DNA from: a bacterium | GTDB taxonomy: Bacteria; DRYD01 | Direction: 5' to 3' | Assembly: GCA_039630415.1 (NCBI GenBank) | Contig: JBCNVB010000013.1 | Location: 160,001-224,000 of the forward strand | DNA length: 64,000 nt | Part shown: piece by piece, positions 57,299 through 64,000 of the stretch | Layout: every line of letters begins with the position of its first letter | Position numbering within the stretch: the first letter of the stretch is position 1 | The notes under the pieces: generated by a model | What the model was told of the DNA's origin: nothing | The model's input: only the letters and a program-made list of their open reading frames with translations | The model's database searches: none | Program-made: the position numbers and the translations under genes

Positions 57299-58364
57299 AA
57301 TTAGCATAGACCTCATGGGAGGAGATAATGCGCCTATATCCGTTCTAGAAGGAGTGTTTTATTCCCTAATGGAAAATAATGACTTAGAAATAATAGCAAC
57401 ACATCATAAATCGGTAGATATAGACCAGATAATAAAACAAATAGTCTGTTTAATTCCTAAGAGGAGCAAAATTAAGAGTTTTATTAAAAGCAATTCCTGG
57501 AAAAATAGACTGACCTTCATTTCTTGTGATAGCTATGTTAGTATGAAGGATTCTCCAAGTAAACTTATCAAAGAAAAGGATAATACCTTAAGGAAAGCTT
57601 TTGAATTAGTAAAGGAATCACAGGCAGATGGAATAGTATATGCTGGTAATACTGGAGCCTTTTTGGAAGGATCTGTGCTAGTAATAGGCAGGATGGAAAA
57701 TGTTAAAAGACCAGCTCTATTAACAGCTTTACCTTTTTCTACTCCACCAGTTTTTCTACTTGACAGCGGAGCTAATCCTGAATGCAAAGCAGAATACTTC
57801 CTTCAATTTGCTATAATGTCTTCAAGTTACTACAAGATTATTCTATCTAAAAAACCCACAATAGCTATCCTAAACATAGGAAATGAAGAAATCAAAGGAA
57901 ATAGTCTGGTAAAGGAAGCTAACGCTATACTTAAAAAGTACTCTCTATCGAATAACTCACCCTTTAATTACGTAGGATTTGTTGAACCTTATGATGTGGT
58001 CAATTCAAAAGTAAACATAGTACTGGCTGATGGATTTAGTGGTAACATAATGCTAAAATCTTTCGAGGGATTATCTGAATACATTATGGAATTGGTAAAA
58101 AAAGAGTTTTCCAGAGGTATAATAAATAAAGCTCTTGGTCTAATGTTAAGATCTAGCTTTAGAAGATTGAGAAATTTCCTTGACTACTCCGAATATGGTG
58201 GAGCTATTATGCTTGGACTAAAGGGAATTTGTGTAAAAACTCATGGAAGAGCAAATTACAAGGCTATTAAAAACTCCATACTTTTCTCCTACAAGCTAAT
58301 AAAAAATAATGTAATCAACAAAATAGAAAGTGAATTAGAGCAGCTAAAAGTATGGACTACCTAA
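57291..58364 (+). CDS. plsX: Phosphate acyltransferase PlsX
   Basis: IDLMGGDNAP, AGNTGA, RPAL, LDSGAN, LNIG.EE.KG, DGFSGNI.LK, YGGA..LG, HG; ATG at 57291. Confidence 0.96.
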   Translation: MVRISIDLMGGDNAPISVLEGVFYSLMENNDLEIIATHHKSVDIDQIIKQIVCLIPKRSKIKSFIKSNSWKNRLTFISCDSYVSMKDSPSKLIKEKDNTLRKAFELVKESQADGIVYAGNTGAFLEGSVLVIGRMENVKRPALLTALPFSTPPVFLLDSGANPECKAEYFLQFAIMSSSYYKIILSKKPTIAILNIGNEEIKGNSLVKEANAILKKYSLSNNSPFNYVGFVEPYDVVNSKVNIVLADGFSGNIMLKSFEGLSEYIMELVKKEFSRGIINKALGLMLRSSFRRLRNFLDYSEYGGAIMLGLKGICVKTHGRANYKAIKNSILFSYKLIKNNVINKIESELEQLKVWTT

Positions 58365-59104
58365 AGTATAATCTTAAGCAGGGATACAAGAAAATATACA
58401 AATTTTACGAACTTAATAACCATATAATGACATTAGGACTTGATATATACTGGCGAAAAAAAGCTTCAAAAATAATAAAACAAATACTAATAAATGAAAA
58501 TAGAGATGATAAGTTTATATGCTTTGACCTTTGTGTTGGAACGGGTGAGTTTCTAGAACAAATTTTTTATGATACATCTAAAATCTATTCAAATTCAATT
58601 TACTTAGGAGTTGATTTCAGTTTCGAAATGCTATCCATATGTAAACAGAAAAAAGTATATAAAAACCCAAATGTATTTTTGATTATAGCTGATGTTGGTT
58701 TTCTACCTTTCAAGAATAACAAAGCTAAATTAGTAACTATATCCTTGGGTATTAGAAATTTGAAAAATCCTAATGATTTAGCTATAGATGGTATGTTTTA
58801 TCACAGGTTTAAGGAGATATACAGAGTTATTTGTGAAGGTGGATATTTTTGCGGCTTAGAAACTAGTAGACCACCTAACAAGTTTATCAGAACCATATCT
58901 GATTTTTTCACATTACACTTTTCAACTAATCTTGCTAAGATAATATCCGGAGACTTTAAAACTTACACTTATCTCGCAAAAAGTATAGTTGATTTCCTTG
59001 ATGCCCAAGAATTTAAAAATTTCCTTCTATCTATTAACTTTAAGAAAGTTGATTATTACCTATTCACTTTTGGAGTTGTTAGCTTACATATAGCTCAAAA
59101 ATGA
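58352..59104 (+). CDS. ubiE: UbiE/MenG C-methyltransferase (demethylmenaquinone methyltransferase-like)
   Basis: YE..N..MTLGLD..WR, DLCVGTG, DFS..ML, LPF, GIRN, YLA.SI..F. Confidence 0.88.
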   Translation: MDYLKYNLKQGYKKIYKFYELNNHIMTLGLDIYWRKKASKIIKQILINENRDDKFICFDLCVGTGEFLEQIFYDTSKIYSNSIYLGVDFSFEMLSICKQKKVYKNPNVFLIIADVGFLPFKNNKAKLVTISLGIRNLKNPNDLAIDGMFYHRFKEIYRVICEGGYFCGLETSRPPNKFIRTISDFFTLHFSTNLAKIISGDFKTYTYLAKSIVDFLDAQEFKNFLLSINFKKVDYYLFTFGVVSLHIAQK

Positions 59105-59538
59105 AAGAAGTAAAATATAATCCTGAAGCAGATATCGTATACATTATCGATCTATCAGATCTTATAAACCAAAAAGTAGATAGTTTATCTGATTGTTTTA
59201 ATATTATCATCCAACCTTTCCAAATAAACTCTCTATATAATACGCAACCATTCATCCTTAATTGCTACTATACGATAAAAAAAATTGCTGATAGTTTTTT
59301 GATGAATTTGAAAATCGATTGTAGTATACCTACTATTTGTGATATATGTGGAGTAACGTTTAATTTTCCATTTCGCTTTCAGGTTCAGGAAATATTTACT
59401 TCATACTTTGAATATACTAATAAATTTGATGATATGTATTATTTTATTTCAAACGATGATAAGATAGATGTTGGTAAAATATGTATCGAGAATTTCATTT
59501 CAAACCTACCTATAACATACAGATGTTCTAATTGCTAG
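59101..59538 (+). CDS. DUF177/YceD-family protein (short)
   Basis: CDIC motif, IDV...E.....P....CSNC; near plsX. Confidence 0.7.
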   Translation: MKEVKYNPEADIVYIIDLSDLINQKVDSLSDCFNIIIQPFQINSLYNTQPFILNCYYTIKKIADSFLMNLKIDCSIPTICDICGVTFNFPFRFQVQEIFTSYFEYTNKFDDMYYFISNDDKIDVGKICIENFISNLPITYRCSNC

Positions 59539-60343
59539 TTTTTTTGTGTTTGATAGAATAGTAAATTTTATAGTAAACTATACCTACAAATTCTGATAGA
59601 GCTATGTTTGTTGTTTCAAGGTTTTTTATTGATGGTAAGAAATCATATTTTGATATTTTATATTGGTATCTGTAGTTGCAGGGCACAAAAATTATATTGT
59701 TTTGAACAAAATTCTTATCGAAAGTGTTTTTAATAGATATTTTAGTCCTTGTAATATGAAAAGCTGAAGTAACTATGGCTATCTTATCATTTGAATTTAC
59801 GAAATTTTTTAGGTTTTTTACGTTTTGGTAAGTATCTAATGATTCATTTTCGGTAAATATGTTTACATCTTTTAGGTATTTGGGTTGTATGCTTGTGACA
59901 AGAAGTTTCATATACTTGGCTATGTTTGTATTGTATTGTATACTTTTACCTAGGATTAGAATCTCTGGTTCTTTATTAGAGTATTTTTTTATAGCTTGAT
60001 ATATAAGTAAAGCTGTCAAGAGTCTTGATAAACTATCTTCAGATAGTTCTCCATTTGCTTTAATTCCTCCCGTCAAAACTACTATCTTATTTATCTCTTT
60101 AAACATAGGTATTACATCTTTGGGATTTGTAATGAGGGAATAGTAGAGATAGTAATTATTCAAATATGGTTTTTCCAAGTTATATATTGCTAAATTTGCT
60201 CCTATAGTGGTAGAAAAAAAATAGAATATTGCTAAGATTATGGCAATTAGTAACTTTTGTTTTCGAGGTAATAATATCAAAGTAACAAGTAAGAGTATAA
60301 AGATGATATTTAGGAAAGAGGAAAGTAGTTTTTTTAGAAACAT
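59528..60343 (-). CDS. YdcF/ElyC (DUF218) family membrane protein
   Basis: LE.PY, IVVL.GG, R, E..S.DT.QN, VTSAFH..R, EF.G..YY. Confidence 0.88.
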   Translation of the reverse strand: MFLKKLLSSFLNIIFILLLVTLILLPRKQKLLIAIILAIFYFFSTTIGANLAIYNLEKPYLNNYYLYYSLITNPKDVIPMFKEINKIVVLTGGIKANGELSEDSLSRLLTALLIYQAIKKYSNKEPEILILGKSIQYNTNIAKYMKLLVTSIQPKYLKDVNIFTENESLDTYQNVKNLKNFVNSNDKIAIVTSAFHITRTKISIKNTFDKNFVQNNIIFVPCNYRYQYKISKYDFLPSIKNLETTNIALSEFVGIVYYKIYYSIKHKKTSN

Positions 60344-60349
60344 GAGGGT

Positions 60350-60793
60350 TTATTTTTGCTGGTTATAGTGTTTTATTAATTCAAGAACTTCTAGTGGATT
60401 ATTCTGAGCCGATGCTTTTCTCCATATTTTGACTATTTTACCGTTGGGATCTATCAATACAGTGTCTCTTGAAAAAAAGATTTTACCTTGAACACCGAAT
60501 AATTTTGCTATTTGTCCAGCCTTATCACTTACTAGCTTTATTTTAAGATTACAATTTTGAATGAATTTTTCGTGAGATTTATTACTATCTTTACTTATTC
60601 CAATTACTTCTGCTTTTTGGTTTTCAAATTCTTGTTTCAATTTTGAGAATGTTTGTGCTTGGACTGTACAGCCAGGTGTATTATCCTTAGGATAAAAGTA
60701 TAAGACAATCCACTTACCCTTACCAACTTCTATTACTTCTCCATCTGAACTTTCTAGTTTTAAATCTTGGACTATATCACCCTCTTTGTACAT
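60350..60793 (-). CDS. bcp: Peroxiredoxin BCP/PrxQ
   Basis: LYFYPKDNTPGCT, GISKD, SH.KF, R. Confidence 0.92.
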   Translation of the reverse strand: MYKEGDIVQDLKLESSDGEVIEVGKGKWIVLYFYPKDNTPGCTVQAQTFSKLKQEFENQKAEVIGISKDSNKSHEKFIQNCNLKIKLVSDKAGQIAKLFGVQGKIFFSRDTVLIDPNGKIVKIWRKASAQNNPLEVLELIKHYNQQK

Positions 60794-60804
60794 GTCTGAC
60801 CCTT

Positions 60805-61389
60805 CTAAATCTCTATTATGTATTTTTTTTGTTGATTGATATTCTTATTTTCATAAATTGCCACTAGTTCTATTCTACCTCTTTGATCTTTAGGAATTAT
60901 TATCGAAACAGAATTGCTTGAAGTATAGTATATGGATACATTTTTTGTTATAGATTTTATTTCTACAAATGGTGAGAAATTGAAATACCACGTAACATAT
61001 AAAACATCATATCTATCAAAATCATATTTTCTTACGTTCATTATGCTAGGGAAGCAGTAAACATAGTTTGAGGGGGGGGATTCTGAAAAACTCACAATTT
61101 TGTTATTTTTGAGTTCAAAATATAGATGTTTATTAAAAGGTTTAGAGTTTGTAAGTGCATCATAAACTTCCTGTGTTACGTAAAATCTTTGAAGGGAAGA
61201 TAAGAGGATAAAAGGAGGGGAGTAAGAGGTAGATTTTCCTATATGTTTTATACTGCCTTCCGCTGTTGAGATTGTCTCGGCTCTGACATAAAAAAATGAT
61301 AGGAAAATTGCAATAAATAAAATCATTAAAGCATTTTTTAAAATCAATTTAAGTTTGGTCAATCTAGATTTAATTTGTGAGATATTCAT
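60805..61389 (-). CDS. Hypothetical exported protein
   Basis: Signal-peptide-like N-terminus (VRA|E), beta-rich. Confidence 0.65.
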   Translation of the reverse strand: MNISQIKSRLTKLKLILKNALMILFIAIFLSFFYVRAETISTAEGSIKHIGKSTSYSPPFILLSSLQRFYVTQEVYDALTNSKPFNKHLYFELKNNKIVSFSESPPSNYVYCFPSIMNVRKYDFDRYDVLYVTWYFNFSPFVEIKSITKNVSIYYTSSNSVSIIIPKDQRGRIELVAIYENKNINQQKKYIIEI

Positions 61390-61399
61390 TTTGAATTTA

Positions 61400-61867
61400 T
61401 TATGTCCCAGCTTCTTCAGTTTCTATTTCTTCAGGATTTTCAAATTGTTCTATTATTTCCATTACCGTTAGTGTAAGATATAGTATCTCTTCTATCATAG
61501 ATATTAGATTTTGCTTTTGGGTTTTTAAATTCTGCGAAAACATTTCTATTAGTTTATACGAGTAAGGATTGTTATATCTTGTTAGGTCCAGTAGATTATT
61601 TATCATGTTTTGTGTACTTTGAGTGAATTCTAGTACTCGAGTGTCAAGATCTATAAGATCTTCTTCAAGAGAATCATAGTAAATTTGTTTGTTACTAAAC
61701 TTAGATTCGAGAAGAATATATAGACCTTGTTTCACTTTAGGATAGGCTTGTAGAAATTTTTCTAGTAGATTTTGTAGATTTTGTACATTATGTATGATAT
61801 CTTCCGAGGATAGGGCAGACTCTATATTTTTGCATATTTCTAGAAAATTTTGTAAAATTTTTATCAT
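61400..61867 (-). CDS. Hypothetical helical-bundle protein
   Basis: 155-aa amphipathic helical ORF with acidic tail. Confidence 0.65.
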   Translation of the reverse strand: MIKILQNFLEICKNIESALSSEDIIHNVQNLQNLLEKFLQAYPKVKQGLYILLESKFSNKQIYYDSLEEDLIDLDTRVLEFTQSTQNMINNLLDLTRYNNPYSYKLIEMFSQNLKTQKQNLISMIEEILYLTLTVMEIIEQFENPEEIETEEAGT

Positions 61868-61877
61868 ATAGTAGTAA

Positions 61878-61951
61878 TGGGCCTCTCTGGACTCGAACCA
61901 GAGACCTTACCCTTATCAGGGGTACGCTCTAACCACCTGAGCTAGAGGCCC
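61878..61951 (-). tRNA. tRNA-Ile(GAT)
   Basis: Reverse complement GGGCCTCTAGCTCAGGTGGTTAGAGCGTACCCCT-GAT-AAGGGTAAGGTCTCTGGTTCGAGTCCAGAGAGGCCCA. No encoded CCA. Confidence 0.97.
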
Positions 61952-62021
61952 AACCTATTTTAGAATTTTGATACCTAATACCCTTTCCCTCCTTATTCCC
62001 TTCTTAAAGATACTAATACTA

Positions 62022-63803
62022 CTAAAATCTTATTTTACCAAAAAATAGACCTGATAATAATTCTACATTTTTCATGAATTCTATCAACTTTTCAAGTACT
62101 GCCGTTTGATTATCCATATTCTCAATCATTTCTCTAATATCTATTAGACAGTTTTTCAGAACTACTGTATTCCTAGAATATTGCTCTAGCTCGGATATTT
62201 TACTTATGCTAGTATATAGTTTATCCAGTTCGTTGATACTTTGATTAACTTGAGACAAAGCTTTTTCTTGATCATTATTGATTAAATAATTCTCTATGAT
62301 TGATAGGACATAGTTTTGGATTATTGGCGGAATTTTTTGAAGGCTTATTAAAAAAAGCTTCTCTATTGATAGTGGAAAAACTAGATTACATTTTCTACAT
62401 TTCTCACTTAAAAATTCATTCCCTTCTCTACATCTAGGACAGTAAATTTTGCTTGTCAGTAAACTTAAAACTTCTATTGAAAAGCTTCTGTACATCAATA
62501 ATGACTCAACAAAACATAAATACATACTTTCTATATTATCCTCGTAAATACAATAGCTAATGCATTCCTCTGCAAGATTATCCAAAACTGAAGGTAATTC
62601 GATTAATTTTTCTTTGAAATTTGTATTTATTATTGCTCCTATCTTTATAATGTTTTTCACATTTTGCAATATATTAATGAACACCGATAAAGGAAGATGA
62701 AAACTAGCATATAGAACAAAACTATTTATAAATTCTTTTATTTGTGAATTGTTGATATCCTGTTGGTTTGTATTTAAGCTACTTAATACAGCAGTAATAG
62801 ATTGTAGTTCCTGTTCATCAAGATTTTCAAATATTTGTAGATAATCACCTTCTAAATTTCTATTTGCTATTATAAACTTTAGTGCTGTTAGACGATTATC
62901 TTCCATGTTTTGTATACTATTTACAAACTCGGAATTTAAAAAAGAGGAAAGCAAAAGATCATTTAAGATATTAGCTAATAGCATTTTTGTATCATCATCG
63001 TATTTGCTAAAATTACGCAGTAACTCATCAAATTTAATTTTCTTTAACTTTTCTTTCTCAGCTACAAAAAGACCATTTGAAGCTTGATTAATTTGAATAA
63101 ATATCTTATTTGCTAAATCGGGTTCCTCAGATAGATTTATTGAACCATTGATAAGTTCAAAACTTGCTCCTAAAGCATACTTTATTGCTTCTACAAAATC
63201 AATTTGCTCTTGTATTATTGTTTTTACTTCCTCTTGAGTTTCAAACAACACTTTCTCTAAATTTAGCTTCTTTTCAGTTTGTTGGATTAAATTATAAACC
63301 CCAAAAAGGTACCTAATTAGTAAATCTACGGGGAAAGATTCAAGGTTAGTTATATTTTCTACATAGCTCCAGAAAATTTTGAGAAATCTGTCAACTATAG
63401 GGTAAGGAGAAATCAAGCTCTGTTCTTTTAGGATTCCAGCTACCTGATTGTTAACGTCAAGGATAGTTATTATCCCCTGTAGTAATTCTTCAACAAAATC
63501 ACTGTTTACTGCCTTTAGGTCAGTATTTTCTAGTTTTTCAAGAACATTTTTCAATTGAGATTCCAAATTATAAATGGTTTGCTGTATTTTTGTAACAAAA
63601 TCAGGTTCTATATTGACTGTTGCTCTTAGTAGCTTAAATTCATCTATAACCTGACTTTTTAGATCTGTTAGAAAAGATTGTAAATTATTTTTTTTAACAC
63701 TAAACTCTTGATCACTTATATAGCTTATTCTGTCAGGGTAATATATTACTATCTCACATAAATTTAGGAATTTAGTTATGGATGGCGGAAAAAGTACTAT
63801 CAT
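62022..63803 (-). CDS. Hypothetical multi-helical protein with a zinc ribbon
   Basis: 593-aa ORF, all-helical pattern, CPRC-x10-CRKC. Confidence 0.75.
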   Translation of the reverse strand: MIVLFPPSITKFLNLCEIVIYYPDRISYISDQEFSVKKNNLQSFLTDLKSQVIDEFKLLRATVNIEPDFVTKIQQTIYNLESQLKNVLEKLENTDLKAVNSDFVEELLQGIITILDVNNQVAGILKEQSLISPYPIVDRFLKIFWSYVENITNLESFPVDLLIRYLFGVYNLIQQTEKKLNLEKVLFETQEEVKTIIQEQIDFVEAIKYALGASFELINGSINLSEEPDLANKIFIQINQASNGLFVAEKEKLKKIKFDELLRNFSKYDDDTKMLLANILNDLLLSSFLNSEFVNSIQNMEDNRLTALKFIIANRNLEGDYLQIFENLDEQELQSITAVLSSLNTNQQDINNSQIKEFINSFVLYASFHLPLSVFINILQNVKNIIKIGAIINTNFKEKLIELPSVLDNLAEECISYCIYEDNIESMYLCFVESLLMYRSFSIEVLSLLTSKIYCPRCREGNEFLSEKCRKCNLVFPLSIEKLFLISLQKIPPIIQNYVLSIIENYLINNDQEKALSQVNQSINELDKLYTSISKISELEQYSRNTVVLKNCLIDIREMIENMDNQTAVLEKLIEFMKNVELLSGLFFGKIRF

Positions 63804-63809
63804 TTGTAA

Positions 63810-63998
63810 TTATAGGGCGTTTCTAATTACTTTTTCTAGATTTAATTGTATTTCGATCATACGATGATCAGAGAATTTGTGAACATTAGGATACTCGTAC
63901 CTACCTACAACATTGAAACTTCTCTGAACAACTGATTCATTAAAATGTTTTGAAACAAATATATAGTCTAAAACGCTTTTATACTTTCCATAATATGT
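63810..63998 (-). CDS. C-terminus of an endonuclease/exonuclease/phosphatase (EEP) family protein (5'-partial)
   Basis: Manual translation TYYGKYKSVLDYIFVSK...KFSDHRMIEIQL...NAL* carries the LDYIF and SDH motifs. Not in the ORF track. Confidence 0.85.
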   Translation of the reverse strand, partial: TYYGKYKSVLDYIFVSKHFNESVVQRSFNVVGRYEYPNVHKFSDHRMIEIQLNLEKVIRNAL

Positions 63999-64000
63999 AG

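Noticed and set aside
154..61951. tRNA-anchored genomic island or prophage
   Set aside because: No integrase, no duplicated tRNA 3' end and no phage genes; flanking genes are housekeeping or hypothetical.
320..63087. Numerous 60-130-aa antisense or nested ORFs (e.g. 1763-2065, 14450-14797, 38602-38976, 42508-42909, 54828-55196)
   Set aside because: They lie opposite well-supported genes, have antisense-typical composition and show no motifs or RBS.
1..64000. Alternative genetic code
   Set aside because: Conserved genes translate full length with code 11, TGG is used for Trp, and TAA, TAG and TGA all end conserved proteins at expected positions.

Overview
AT-rich (roughly 30% GC or lower by eye), very gene-dense bacterial chromosome segment, mostly + strand. 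It comes from a diderm (LptA/F/G-like proteins, PilMNOPQ secretin system), with proteins that are highly diverged from model organisms and operons that are scrambled. It carries three tRNAs (Leu-CAG, Phe-GAA, Ile-GAT; none encodes CCA) and housekeeping genes: RluA-family synthase, rbgA, cydAB, rtcB, a 2-oxoacid:ferredoxin oxidoreductase alpha subunit, trmD, sucC, cdd, dnaG, eno, nadD, ispG, Sua5/tsaC, gcvT, uppS, plsX, ubiE/menG and bcp. No transposase, integrase, phage gene, rRNA or CRISPR array was seen. Most notable: (1) a HemA-HemC fusion; (2) a sigma-70 in the rpoD position with substitutions at the -10-recognition residues; (3) downstream of pilMNOPQ, a giant TPR protein, a Zn-ribbon/repeat/roadblock-like protein, a roadblock-like protein and an RsbT-like kinase, a candidate pilus polarity/signalling module with a GC-rich structured spacer inside it; (4) two stand-alone minus-strand genes without signal peptides (an NlpC/P60 hydrolase with a long low-complexity leader, and a 96-aa helical protein) that share an upstream motif and may be non-Sec export substrates; (5) several apparently degenerate enzymes (PriA-like without helicase motifs, PilT-like without His box, CydB without its acidic motif). 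All family calls come from motif recognition by eye; no database search was run.
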